NCBI GenBank assembly: GCA_964016885.1
Contig: OZ024744.1
Location: 83,886,001 to 83,950,000 of the forward strand
Source of the DNA: Eledone cirrhosa
Lineage: Eukaryota
Reading direction: 5' to 3'
DNA length: 64,000 nt
Part shown: piece after piece, positions 40,963-55,695 of the stretch
How the letters are laid out: every line of letters starts with the position of its first letter
How positions within the stretch are numbered: position 1 is the stretch's first letter
Position numbers and translations under genes: made by a program
The notes under the pieces: model-generated
Told to the model about the DNA's origin: nothing
Databases searched by the model: none
The model's input: the letters and a program-made list of their open reading frames with translations, nothing else

Positions 40963-41864
40963 TAACCATTCATAATTTAATATTAATAAGATTATATAAA
41001 TACCGAGTAAAAGAATTTTACTCTTTTTGAACATTGGATTTTTACACCACTGTCTTCAAGCATTACACCTTCATTTGACTAATACTTACTCCATCAATCT
41101 TACACTGGTTAAATAAGAAAGTGGGATTCGAACTTAGAAGGTAAAGATACATAACCTATACTTCTATTAATCACAAGGGTTGCTGGAAATTGCACATTAT
41201 ATCTGGCTGGCTATTTTTTAAATGCCAAAATGTTTTTCAACGCGCTGATGCGTATGTGTATATTTGTGTGCGTGTATGTATGTGCATATGCATACATTTA
41301 TATGTATGAGTATATAAATATAATCGTACAAACACAGACACACTTACAAAAATACACACTCATAGACATACATTCACACAAACACACATACACACATTCA
41401 TTTACACAGACACACAGATACACATACACTCACATACAGCATAGCAAATGGAACGCCAGCTGCTGTTTTGCAATAGTTTTTTCACCATCTTTTTCCTTCC
41501 TTTTACACACGCATACATTCACACACGCATACACATATATACATTGTGTGACGGACGGAAATCGCTCAAATTTATATATAGACTAAAACAGCCACCGATA
41601 CTCTCATTGTATCGTTACAGAATACAATTTATTTTAGAGAATTTCCATTTGCTCGGAGAACCAGGTGGATTTCCATATTCTGCAATATTTGCATTTCCAA
41701 CTCAGGGGTTCCCAATTGGTATCCACGGAAGAAACATAACCTCTTTCCTTTACATATGAGTGGGGAATTAATTAGTAACAGCAACAGAATTTGAAAGGAA
41801 ATGATGCTACCTACAAGACATCCGCTCTCTACCAATGAAAATCAACTCAATTCGCAGTATCTCA

Positions 41865-42975
41865 GAGCGTCCAACACCATGCTTCGTGGCATGATTCGTG
41901 GCATGCGTCCGACACCAAGCTTACGTTCTGAGTTCAAATCCCGCCGAGGTTAACTTTGCCTTTTATCCTTACGGGCTCGATAAAATAAAGTACCAGTAAA
42001 GCACTCAGACTCAGAATCAGAAGCTCCCGCATCTTGCGACGCATGAGGCAATCATAGTGTTCCACCGCGTTCGGTCAGCAGCCAGTTGCACAGCGTCCCG
42101 CCATTGTCTGTTTGTCGCTCGCAGGTCCCTCTCAACTGTCTGGCGCCAGTTCACATTGGGTCGCCCTCTCCGTCTGCTTCCCTGCGGGCTCCATTTAAGT
42201 ACTTGGTTCGCCAGTCTCTCCGGGGGAAATCTCAAAGCGTGTCCAAACCAGCCCAGGCGTCGCTTGCAGATGGTAGAAGAGACTAGCTGCTGGTTGGTGC
42301 GGTTCCTGACTTCCTGGTTTGTTACATGGTCACTCCATTTAATCCCCAGGTTCTTTCGCAGACACCTGGAATCGAATGCGTCCAACTTCTTCTCTTGGCT
42401 GGTCTTAAGGTGCCATGTTTTACTTCCGTACAAGAGTATGGACAGCACGTTGCTGTTGTAGAATCTCATCTTTGTTTTGAGGGTGAACTTCCTGCTCTTC
42501 CAGATCTTGCCAAGCTGGTTAAATGCTGCTGAAGCCTTTCCCATTCTACATTGCAGTTCACTGTCCATGGTGCCCTCATTGTTAATGGAGCTCCTAGGTA
42601 GGTGAAGTTGTCCACTATCTCCACCTCCCCCTGTTCAATGAAGACACTAGTTGGTGATGGGTGTGTCCCAGATAACATGCTTTTGGTCACTGATATTGAG
42701 ACCTAAGCTTCCTGCTTCGACATTTATATTGTTCACAATGATTTGCAGGTCAGTTGTGCTCTCTGCAAGTGCAGCAATATCGTCCGCAAAGTCCAGGTCA
42801 GACAACTTTTGCTCTCCCACCCAAGATATACCCTTGTCTTTAGACGCTCTTCTTAGTACCCAGTCAATGGCTATGGCAAAGAGAATTGTAAAACACTGGG
42901 GTCGATTTAATCGCCTACCCCCCCCCCCCCCCCTCCCAAATTGCTGGCCTTGTACCTATAGTAGAAATCGTTATT
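41865..42975 (+). mobile_element. SINE split by an RTE insertion
   Basis: SINE head and body to 42005 continue at about 42890 (CACTGGGGTCGATTTAATCG). Confidence 0.8.
42006..42887 (-). mobile_element. 5'-truncated RTE-clade LINE (a second family)
   Basis: LSDLDFADDIA, FTYLG, and ORF 42017-42568 (ILLYGSKTW, RRLGWFGH, GSRRRGRP); approximate TSD GTAAARCACT. Confidence 0.9.
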
Positions 42976-43138
42976 TGTCATTCATTTTGAAGTTGCTTTA
43001 TTGAGAACCAATGACGTGAAATTCTGCCAAGCAACGGATGAATTATCCATTTACTCCTAATTACTATAAACTCTACATCATATATTGAATATTCTTTCTT
43101 TCGGTGGTGAGAAGAAAATCGCACGAACTCACACATAT

Positions 43139-43413
<275 letters not shown>

Positions 43414-43756
43414 CACTCACTCACTCAATTAAATACTTACACACATACACTTACACACACGCACACTTGGTTTTATTTATTTGTCACATTGAGGCAATAC
43501 GGAAACACGACAATAAAATAAACCATACATACACACACATACACATATACATTACACACAGGCATACGCACACAGATACACACATATACACATATACACA
43601 CATATACACACATACATACATACGTACACAGATACACACACACATACACGCACACACAATATACACACACATTTCAATTATAAATACATTCAATACATGA
43701 CATCACTTCCGTCGTTTCCTCCAAGCATCGCTATTAATTCTTCCTTTCATAAATTA

Positions 43757-45387
43757 CGGATCAGCAGTATCGGTAGAGGGTCGGACGCCATGCTTTAACG
43801 CATACAGTTACGGCCTTTGCCAGTCTGAGTTCAAACCCGCCGAGGTTAACTTTGCCTTTCATCCTTACGGGGTTGATAAAATAAAGTACCAGTAATGTAC
43901 TGGGTATTTGATGGCCTTGTGCCAAAAATAGAAACAATTAATTACTTATAAAGGGTGGTGAATTGGCAGTATCGGTAGAGGGTCGGACGCCATGCTATCC
44001 AGCATAGTTACGTCCTTTTACAGTCTGAGTTCAAATCCTCCTGAGGTTAGCTTTGCCTTTCATCCTTACGGGGTCGATAAAATAAAGTACCAGTAATACA
44101 CTGGAGTAATTGCTGGCCTTCTGCCAAAAGTAGAAACAAGTAATTACTTATAAAGATAACAGGGACAAGTATTGCAATTATTGATATTAGGGCGGTGTAT
44201 TAGCAGTAACGGTAGAGCGTCGGACACCATGTTTAGAGGCATAGAGTCATTGCTCTTTACGTTTTGAGTTCAGTTCCCACCGCCGTGGTTAGCTTTACCT
44301 TTCATCCTTGCATGGGTCGATAGAATAATGTACTAGTAATGCATTGGGGTCGATTTAATTGACATTCTCCTCTGTCTTCTCCCCAAAGTTTGGCTTTATG
44401 ACTAAATCAGAAACCGTTATTAGCGATATTAGGTTGGTCGATTGGCAGAATCGGTAGAGCGTCGGACAGCATGCTTTGCAGCATAGAATTAGGTCCCTTT
44501 ACTTCCTTTTAAATTCTGAGTTCAAATCCTGCCGAGTTTAACTTTGCCTTTCACCCTTACATGGATCGATAATATAAAGTATCAGTAATGCAATGGTGTC
44601 GATTTAATTGACTTTTCCCCTCCCACCAAAATTGTTGGCGTAGTGCCTAAATCAGAAACCATTATTACTGATATTATGGCGGTGTATTGGCAGAATTGGT
44701 AGAGCGTCTAACATCATGTTTTTGCAGCATAGAGTTAAGTCCCTTAAACATTCTGAGTTCAATTCACGCCGCGTTTAGCTTTGCCTTTTATCCTTGCCTG
44801 GTCGACAGAATAAAGTACCAGTAATACAATTGGGTCGATTTAATCGACTTTACGAGGTCGATAAAATAAGGTACCAGTAATGTACTCAGGTCATTTCATT
44901 GACTTTTCCCCTTCCCTGAAAATTATTGGCCTTGTGACTAAATCAGAAACTGTTATAATTGATGTTAGGGCTGGCAGAATCGGTAGAGTTCTGAGTTCAA
45001 TTCCCGCCGCTCAGCTTAGCTTATAAAACATCAGTAATGCACTTGGGTGGATTTAATCGACTTCCCCTCTCCGTTCCCCTCAAATTATTGGCCTTGTGCC
45101 TAAATCAAAAACCGTTATTATTGATATTAATGTTATTAATATTATTATTATTATTATATAATAAAGAAAGCAATATTATTATTATTATTTGAATAAAAAT
45201 AAAAAGACGGTGAATTGGCAGTATCGGTATTGTGCCAAAAGTAGAAACAATTATTTGAATAAAAATAATATTGTTTAAATCCCGCCGAGGTTAACTTTGC
45301 CTTTCATCATTACTGGGTCAATAAAATAAAGTACCAGTCATACACTGGAATAATTGCTGGCCTTGTGCCAAAAGTAGAAACAATTAT
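43757..45387 (+). mobile_element. Head-to-tail cluster of about 7 SINE copies
   Basis: Heads at about 43760, 43953, 44189, 44432, 44678, 44968 and 45208, all in the same orientation with A/B-box motifs. Confidence 0.9.
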
Positions 45388-45726
45388 TTGAATAATAACC
45401 ATATCTTTATTTGCTACAAAGACAACCCAAAAGAAGAATATTACGAGGACGAAAAAAAAAAGCCACAAAAAGTAAAGAGAATATTTATACATGGTTCTTA
45501 ATAAAAAAAAATGTTTGTACTTTTAGTAAAGAAAAAAATGAACGAAATTGATTTAAATAGAATAAATTACAAGAAAAATAACTTAAATAGTAAATAAACA
45601 CATGGTACCTATGATTGGACACCATTTACTGTTTTATTTGTCTTTCTTTATACGTATGTATTCATATATATACCTTAACACTTCACACAAAGTAAAATAT
45701 TTCGTTTTAATCATTTTCTAACCAAG

Positions 45727-45759
<33 letters not shown>

Positions 45760-45813
45760 CAAAAAATGGAAAAAAATATATTTTTCTTCTTCATAATCGT
45801 CTCTTTCTCCCTG

Positions 45814-45904
<91 letters not shown>

Positions 45905-45909
45905 TATAT

Positions 45910-46487
45910 ATGTAATCCATGTGCAACCATGCAGTATTCTTCTTCTCCTTGTTTTTCATATATATTTACCTAAACTGCGATTATCTGTTTCTCTCTTTCT
46001 CTCTTACTGCTCCCCCGTTCTCTCTGTTTCTCTTACCTTCTTTCACCCTCTCTGTCAGTTATACTTTTTCTCTCGACTGACCTCTTCCTCGCACTTCCAC
46101 TCACTCACTCTCTGTTTCTCCCCTTCTCACTTCCTCCCGTTCGCTACTAGTGGGGTTCCTTCTTTCTCACACCGTACTCACGGCGTACGGTCTTCTTCTC
46201 TGACGCTCATGAAATTCACCCAGCTAATGCTGATCGGATAACTACCATGTGGCTTGCTGTTTTCCAACCTTCAGTTTGCTTTTCCTTCTGTTGTTTACTT
46301 GTCTCACTCGCTTTACGCGTTTCACTTGTCCCAATAGTTTATTTTAGTTATTGCTCGCACCAACCTGAGGTATCTGATTTTTAATGCGATGAAATACCAA
46401 TGATGGTTGGCAAAATCACTGATGAGGGACTAATTTTATAATATGTAATCCATGTGCAACCATGCATTCTTCCTCTTGTTTTTCATA
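45910..46487 (+). mobile_element. Terminally redundant Penelope/retrozyme-like element with a broken hammerhead
   Basis: TGTAATCCATGTGCAACCATGCA...TTGTTTTTCATATAT occurs at about 45911 and 46444; CTGATGA at about 46419; (TA)n flanks. Confidence 0.6.
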
Positions 46488-47109
46488 TATATATATATAA
46501 AGTGTTTATATATATATATATATATATATATAAACACTTTTTCCTGAGTTCAGTTTTTTTCGTCGATATGGTCACTATCGGTCGCTGTATTCGATTTGCA
46601 AAGCTGTCTAAACATAATGTTATAACTCTAGGGTAATATACCCTATTAAGTACTTAGCTGACACCGAGACTGCATTCGTTAGCTTGGCTGCAACCGGAGC
46701 TTCGTTGATGCTGTACTAAATTTTGTATATATATATATATATGTATATTTATGTAATAAACAACATAAGGCAATTATTTCATTTATCAGTGGTTTCTTAA
46801 AAGCAAACAAATTTTGCTTTCAATCATCAGAATGAAAAAATCCTGGTGTATTTATTGACATTGGATTTTTCTACATAGAGCACTCTTTTTTCCTGGACCT
46901 TTCCGATGGAATTAGTACACACACACATATATATATATATATGTATGTATATATGTATATATATGTATATATATATGTGGGGGGGGGGGGGGGGTATGTC
47001 CGTGTCTGTGTATGTGTCTACGTCGCTGTGTGTTTGTGTATGTTCGTGTGCGTTTGCAGGTATGTATGTATACATATATGTATGTATATATATATATGTA
47101 TATATATTT

Positions 47110-47396
47110 GTGAAGGACCCCTAGCCTTTGTCAGAGCATTCTTCTAGGTGAAGGCAACTCAGGAAACTGGGATAACTCCGATATAAAACCTGCGGCTCAG
47201 TAGTTACCGATGATGTTGATCTGTTCTTCTTTTCGGGTTATAGCTACTGTCGCTCAGAGAGTGGGATTGGCTCAGTGCACAGTCTTTCCTCACTTTAAAA
47301 AATACGTTCACGTACAGGCATTGCATGATAGAATTAATTAATAATTATTAATAATGGTATAACGTGCAATGGCCATACTCGATAACGAGGGGGCAT
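47110..47396 (+). mobile_element. Non-autonomous RTE-derived short element with (TATG)n tail
   Basis: Body homologous to 35430-35610; the 3' end GGCCATACTCGATAACGAG resembles the RTE end GGCCGTACTCGAAAACGAG. Confidence 0.65.
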
Positions 47397-47737
47397 ATAT
47401 GTACGTATGTGTGCATATATGCATATATGTATGTATGTGCGCATATATGCATATATAATAAATACCACATGCATTCTACACGGAATTGTGTCCTCAATGA
47501 AATTTGTAAGCAAACACTGATCACTATGTACAATAAAAAGAGTATGTATGTATGTATGTATGTATGTACGGATGTACGTATGCATGTATGAATGTATGTA
47601 CGTATGCATGTATGTATGCATGCATGTATGTTTATATGTACGCATGTATGTAGCATGCATTTATATATGTATATATGGATGTATCTATTTATCTATGTAT
47701 CTACGTATGCAAGCATGTTTCTATGTATGTATGTATG

Positions 47738-47768
<31 letters not shown>

Positions 47769-48206
47769 GGACGAATGGACGGTTGTATGTATTTATGTAT
47801 GCATGCAGGTATGTGTATGTATGTATGTATGTATGTATGTATGTATGTATGTATGTATGTATGTATGTATGTATCTATGTATGTATGTATCTATGTATGT
47901 ACGTATGTATCTATGTATGTATGCATGTATGTATATATGTAGGCATGCAGGCATGTATTTATACTGTTGGTGTCATTATACATTGCCTAATTAGTTAAAG
48001 AGGCGAGTTTAGCCATGCGTAGCCTCGTATATTTTGACTGGTTGACTGGTTTGCTGGATGGCTTAACTGGCTGACTGCCTGCCATCTGACTGAGCTTGGA
48101 TGGATAGATGAATGGATAAATGGATGGATGGATAGATGAATGGTTAGCTAGCTGTTTGGCTGGCTGGCTGCCGTTTGACAGAGCTTGGATAGATGAATAG
48201 ATAGAT

Positions 48207-49215
48207 ATCTTTCGTTATTTGCCACAGGGGCGTACAAAAATGGAACATTACAAGACGTGACGGCGGGGGTTTTACATAAAATCTTTAACAATGATAAATA
48301 ACAATAAACTATATAAAAATATAACAATTGAAATCCCCCATTAGGGTGGGGGAAGGGGGTAAGGCTACTACGGGGTTGTTTTACACCCCATGGATAGAAC
48401 AACCCTCAACACCAGGAACACATTTTGTAGGTGTTCCTGTCTTTTCTCTGTTTATCTTTCTCAACCTACAGGTTTATATACAGAGAAGGCCCATTCACCC
48501 GGGCCATTTTCGCCACATTCACCCAACTTTCAGCGAATTTACTGGAGTGTAGCACCTCTCTCTCCACTCTCACCTTCATTCTGCCGTGGTACTTAAAAAA
48601 AAGGGATGTGTTCTTGTCCGGAGAGAAAGGTGCTTGCCCTCAGTCCTTTTAACCTCGTCCACCATATTACCTCTTTCGCCATAGCCACCAGACAGAGGAA
48701 GACCGCCTCTCCTTCATTCTTAAATGAAGGCAGCGGGTGATCCTCGCGATGGACTCGGCTGACAACTGGATGTGTCCCACACGTGACAGTAGCTGTTCGA
48801 CATAATTCCACAGGTTGGTCACCCCTGGGCACTGAACAATTGCGTGCAGAACGGTTTCGATTTCCTGCTCGCATCTTGGACAGGTCCTTTTAGCAGGATC
48901 TCTGCCAGGGCGTCCGTGTCTGTAGATTGTGTCTCGAACTGGTAGAGCTCCTCGGTAGTACTGCCAGGCCAGAGACCTCTGGAAGTTATCCAAAGGCCCT
49001 GGACTGAAAGTCCTCCCGAACAGACTGGTCAGTTGGTCTTCCTCGATGCCTAGAGTTTCCCCGAGAACGTCGTCACACTTATCCTCCACTAATCTCCTAT
49101 AGAATGTCGAAGTGGAGTCTCCGCTGATTGCCGTTTCCGCTTGGTAGAGAGCTGTGAGCGCCTGTAGTCACTCGAGGTGCCAGGCGCCCATTTTCGGTCT
49201 TTGCTTGACCCAGGA
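48207..49215 (-). mobile_element. 5'-truncated Tx1-like element, related family
   Basis: ORF 48667-49089 is homologous to 13137-14021 (DDVLGETLG, DNFQRSLAWQ, CPRC..ETVLHA..QC); similar 3' terminus. Confidence 0.9.
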
Positions 49216-49219
49216 CTAA

Positions 49220-49720
49220 AGCTCTGTTTGGATAGATAGATGGTTAGTTGGCTGGCTGACCGGTTGGTTGGCTGGCTCATATGACTGAGTTTGGATAGAT
49301 GGATGTTTAGCTAGCTGGTTGGCAGGCTGGCTGTGGTATGACACAGCTTGGATAGATACATGGTTAAATAGATGTTTAGCTGGATAGATAAACAGATGGT
49401 TGGCTGGTTGGCTGGCCTTAGGCTATGGCTGACTGATTGGTTGGCTGGCTGGCTGACTGCCGATGACAGCTTGGTAGGATGGAGGGAGAGAAAGATGGTA
49501 GGCTGGCGGGTGTGATGGGGGGGTAATTGCCTGGCTGGTTGGATGGTTGGATGGCTGGATGGCTGGGCGGTTTGCTGGCTGGTTGCTGGCTGCCTGGCTG
49601 CCGTCTAACAGCTTGAATAGATGGATAGACAGACGGTTGGCTGGCATGTGGCTGACTGGAAGTTTGACTGGTTGGCTGGACTGCTGGCTGGCTGGAAAGA
49701 TTGACTGGCTGGCTGGCGTT
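49220..49720. repeat. Degenerate (TGGC/TGGA)-rich minisatellite, also at 48035-48207
   Basis: Recurrent GAC(A/T)GAGCTTGGATAGATG..TGGTT..CTGG units. Confidence 0.75.
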
Positions 49721-50740
49721 TGGCAAAAAACAGGGTGGAAGGCTAAACGGACAAAAGGATGTATGAATGAAAATGGAAAGGCTAATGGGGAAGCATAGCT
49801 GTGGTGGTGGCTAGGGGTGGAGTATTATAATGTGGGTGGCGGTGGATGGATGCTTGATGTAGTGACGTGCATTACTGCTTTGCTAATCAGCAAGTAAATA
49901 TCTGTAACAAAATATTACAATGGGTAGTGTTTGTTTTGTTTTGTTTCTGTTTGTTTTTGTACTTTTTTTGTTTTTTTTTGTGCCAGTGAGGGGTGGGGGA
50001 GCTATCGATAGAATGACGTTGTTATTTTTGTTGTGTTCGCCATGATGGCGGTGGTGATGGTGGTGGTGGTGGAGGTGGTGGTGGAGGTGGAGCTGGTGAT
50101 GGTGGTGGTTTCGGTGGTGATGTTGGTGATGGTGGTGATGGTGGTGGCGGCGGTGGTGGTTGTGGTGGAGTGGAGGTGGTAGTAGTGGTGGTAGTGGTAG
50201 TGGTAGTGGTAGTGGTGGTGCTGGTAGTGTGGGGGGGGGGGGGGGGTGGCGGTTGGTGGTGTTGGAGTGGTGGAGTGGTGGTATTGTTTGTGGCGTCAGT
50301 AGCGTTGTGTGTTGCTAATGGTGGTGGCGGCGGTTGTTGTGGTAGCAGTGGCGGCGGCGGTTGTGGTGTTGGTGGTGAAGTACTAAGCGTAGGTGGTGGT
50401 GGTGGTGATGATGATGATGATGATGTTCATCATCATGGTGATTGTGGTGGTGGTGGTGGTGATGGTGATGGATGTAGTGATGATGAACGATGACATGGTT
50501 TTGCGTGGATTCGCGTTTTGTTTAACGGGTTCTGAAAAATCGTGGTGTTGAAGGTGGTGTGTATAATGGTTGATGTTACAGGATATGGATCTAATGGTGG
50601 AATTTGGGGAGGGAATTATTGTTATTTAGCCCTAAGTCAACTCTGATAAAAAGCGTTCCAGCAATGACCACCCTGCCATTTTCAGGAAAGTAGTAACCTG
50701 GACTGCATTATTCAATGTGAAAAATAAATATCACATTGAA

Positions 50741-51155
50741 TAATTGTTTCTACTTTTGGCACAAAACCAGCAATTGCCCAATACATTACTGGTACATTAT
50801 TTTATCAACTCCGTAAGGATGAAAGGAGAAGTTAACCTCAAATCCCGCCGAGGTTAACTTTGCCTTTCATCCTTCCGGGGTTGATAAAATAAAGTACCAG
50901 TAATACACTGTGATAATTGCTGGCCTTGTGCCAAAAGTAGAAACAATTATTAATAATGAAACAAGGCGGTGGACTGGCAGTATCGGTAGAGGGTCTGACG
51001 CCATGCTTTACAGCAAAGAGTTACGGCCCTTTACGGTCTGAGTTCAAATCCCGCCGAGGTTAACTTTGACTTTCATCCTTACGGGGTCGATAGAATAAAG
51101 TACCAGTAATACATTGGGTAATTGCTGGCCTTGTGCCTAAAGTAGAAACAATTAT
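50741..51155. mobile_element. Inverted pair of SINE halves plus one full SINE
   Basis: 50741-50838 (-) abuts 50839-50950 (+); full copy at 50965-51155 (+). Confidence 0.88.
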
Positions 51156-51206
51156 TCAATGTGATATTTATTTTTTTTTTTAGTTTTTGAAGATTGTTGT
51201 TTATGG

Positions 51207-51397
51207 CAGGCATTTCATACATGCGGCCCGCGGGCCGCTTACAGACATTTACAAACACACCTGCAGCGGCCCGCACAAACGTTTTTACTGCGCGAACATG
51301 TTTTATCTTCGTAAAATTAGTTGTCGTGTGTGGCCCTCATACAACACATATGTCACCCATGTGGCCTTCGGGTGACCCTCAGTTTGAGCTGCCTATA
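51207..51397. mobile_element. hAT-type MITE
   Basis: 8-bp direct repeat GTTTATGG at 51199-51206 and 51398-51405; imperfect TIRs CAGGCATTTCATAC and GTTTGAGCTGCCTA; subterminal GCGGCCCGCGGGCCGC. Confidence 0.78.
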
Positions 51398-51665
51398 GTT
51401 TATGGTGTAATTGGACGGAGATTAGCTGCTATTTCTTACAATCCATGTAACTTGATTGAGCCTCACTTTTTTTTGGTGAGTGGCGAGGGAGGGGGAGAAT
51501 TATTGTTAGTAGTATTGGCGTTGGTGGTGGATGTAACAGCGATTGATAGTGAATGGATGAGATGAGGGATCGATATGATTAACGGTTGGGGCTGTGTGTA
51601 TGAAGGTATTGGTAATGTAGCAGTTATAATAGTGATGATGATCATCATAGTAGTCGTATAGTTAA

Positions 51666-52420
<755 letters not shown>

Positions 52421-53929
52421 GGCTGACAACGGTTATGACCGTTATGACGGTTATGACGGAAGAGTGATGATGGTAGAGTCAGGGTGATGGCGGTGGAGGT
52501 AGAATGATAATGGTGATGGGGAAGAGTGGGGGGGAGATGAGGGTAGAGTGACGGGGAGATGCACATTTGAGTCTCATGGCAGTTGGTCTGTTTGCTTAAT
52601 TGCAGCTAAATGGCAGTAAGTGGTCGACGAATTGAACAGCAAGTTTAGGTTGATGTGGTGGGTGTTTTATGAGTGTGGTGTCGAGTGTGGTGTGTGGGCT
52701 GTGATGATATTGCTGTGGTGTGGGTAGGGCTGTCGTGTGTAGTGTGGGTGTGGGTTTGAGTAACAAAATAGGAGCAGCGACAGGAATAAAAGGGAATAAC
52801 AAAAATAACATATGAGAGCAAAAAAAAAAAATTAATGAACGGGAAGAGATGAGTAATGATGGGTAGCTAATGTATAGATAGATGATGGACAAAAGATTAT
52901 GGCCAAAATGCCTGGGTATATATTAAACACAGAAAGAGTAGACAATGGATAGGTTACAGAAGAACACCGGGTCCATGTTGGGTACGAAAAGTATATTCTA
53001 ATGAGTAGGTTAGAGAATACTGGGTACGCTATGGGCACAGAAAGAGTCGAGGGTGTCAATAGGATAAGTAAATTTAAGGCATGTTTGGATACATGATGAA
53101 TAGTTTATAAGGAAAATACTGGGTGGGTACTTTATGGGCAAAGGAGAGTAGATGTAGGGTAAGTTATAACAAAGTACTTGCGTACATACTAAGCCCGGAC
53201 GAAATAGATGTCTACGTGATGTGTAGTTTACAGAAGAAATACTGGGTACTTGATGGGGACGATAAGTGCATGATAGGTAAAATTATGGCTAGATATTAGT
53301 TTTAATGGAAGCACAAAATCAGAAATTTGACGGGAATGGAACAGATATTTATATCGAATACAGTGTATCTTTGAGAATTTCTGTCTCTTAACAGATGAAA
53401 GACAAAGTTAACTTCAGTGAGATATACACTCGAAATATAAAGAACCAGAACAAATAACACAAGATATTTAGTCCAACGCCCTAAAGATTCTATTAAATGC
53501 AGAATGATAGATTAATCATTCTGATTAATGATCGGTACATGATGGTTAGTAAACAAATAGGTGATATGTATATATGATGGGTAGAAAATGTGTAAGTTTT
53601 ATCGGTACAGGAAAAATAGATGAAGTTTGCATGCTGCATAATGGGTTTTTTGAAATATTGAATGTTGAGGATCATACAAATCTTTGACACACACACCGGG
53701 AAATATGACTGGGAAATATTTCCACCTCAGAGGAAAGTCAACGTTTCGAGAGCGGTAAATTCATTACACATAGACATCTAAATATATGTAGACATATAAT
53801 CAGAAAAAAAAGAGGAAAAGGGAGACAGTAAATTTACAGATTTGGTAATGCAGAGAAATAAAGTGGTTGAGAAAAACTAGAAAGTTCATATCAACTAAGA
53901 AGGATACATAGAGAGAGTAATTGAGACTA

Positions 53930-54013
<84 letters not shown>

Positions 54014-54949
54014 AGAGAGAGATGTACAAATATATTAGACAACGTAACTAGTTAAGCATGAACATTTTAGGCGTCTGATCCAGTACTTTTTGGTAAACAG
54101 ACGTCCATTTTAAAGCAGTTACTTATTTTTTTTAAATATATCTTTATTCACTTTTAACGATGACTTTGTCTGAAACGGTAGAAGCAGTAGTGGTGTTAAT
54201 TTGTTGAGAATTGTAAAAACAAAAACGTAGACTGTAAAAAGTAGAATTAGATAAACAGTTGCAATTTAAAATATAATCTTAAACATGGACAATTTGAAAA
54301 ATCCGCATAAAAGCACATAGACATTTCTAATATAAACACAGACACTGGCAATAAGCTTAATTTGTACAACGCATAACATAACAAAAATAGCATTTTTAAT
54401 GTTGCATGCCAGGGAGAGGTTTCAAATATGGTTTAGCTTTCCACTCACAGCAAATGTCGGTGAAATATGTCATCATAAACGTCTCCAACTTTAGCTGACA
54501 ATTTTATTCGAAGATGAGGCATAATGGAAAGTGAAATACCTCTGTACTTTAAAAAGTGCTGAGGCTTTAACCGTGCCCTCGAATTAGAGATTAAAAAAGG
54601 TCCAAGCTAATGTGTGTGACATTCTGTTTTCCTTCAACATGGAGAGAAAATATAAGTATGCTTGATAATTTAAGACCCTGCACAAGGTAAAACAATAGGG
54701 TGAGATGCTTTTCTTCACAAATTCCACAAGCTTAGAATATATGGGAATCCTGAATATTGTCATCGCCATAAAAATATCGTCCTGCAAATAAGCACCATGA
54801 TCCTGAGGACGAAGTTGAGCATTCACCTTCATTGTGATATGAGAACTTTATGTTCCTATGTATTGTAACATGTTTTCAATGTCTATTGTATTGTCTGTCT
54901 GAGCCCTTTTATTCAATAAAAGTTACTATTAGTATCATTATTATTTCCT

Positions 54950-55695
54950 TTTACATGTTGAGTTCAAATCCCACCGAAGTAAACTTCATTTCATCTCAAC
55001 GGGGTCGATAAATTGATGTACCAATAACGCTCTGGGGTCGATTTAGTCGACATTTCCCTCCCCAAAAAATTGTTGGCTTTGTACCTAAATCAAGGGTCGA
55101 TAAAATAAAGCACCAGTAATGCACTGGGGTAATTGCTGGGCTTGTGGCAAAAATAGAAACAAATATTATTGGTGGGTTGACTGTATAGGTACAGGGGTGG
55201 ACGCCATGCTTTGCAGCATGGAGTTGCAGCCCTTTATGATCTGAGTTCAAATCCCGCCTAGGTTAACTTTACCCTTCATCTTTAAGGGGTCGATAAAATA
55301 AAGTACCAGTCACGTACTGGGGTCGATTTAATCGACTTTTTTCTCCCCCATAAATTGTTGGCCTTGTGCCTAAATAAGAAACCATTGTTATTTCCCTTTA
55401 TGTTCTGAATTCAAATTCCGACGAATTTAGCTTTGTCTTTCATCCTTACAGGGACGATAAAATAAAGTACCAGTAAAACGCTCAAAGGGTCGATTTAATC
55501 AAGTTTCCCCTCCCACCCCAACATTATTATTATTATTTCGCCATGCTTTGCAGCAAAGAGTTACGGCCCTTTATGGTCTCAGTTCAAATCCCGCCGAGGT
55601 TAACTTTGCCTTTCATCCTTACGGGGTCGATAAAATAAAGTACCAGTAATACACTGGCATAATTGCTAGCCTTGTGCCAAAAGTAGAAACAATTA
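54950..55695 (+). mobile_element. Cluster of full and partial SINE copies
   Basis: Repeated AGTTCAAATCC and GGGGTCGATAAAATAAAGTACCAG motifs. Confidence 0.88.

Noticed and set aside
43757-45387. CRISPR-like or tRNA gene array
   Set aside because: Units are diverged SINEs of about 200 bp with no unique spacers and no complete cloverleaf
46388-46430. Type II hammerhead reading (GAAA upstream of CTGATGA)
   Set aside because: No UH cleavage site and no closing stem II
54560-54850. Possible exon or old LINE fragment
   Set aside because: No recognisable motif; cannot be assigned by eye
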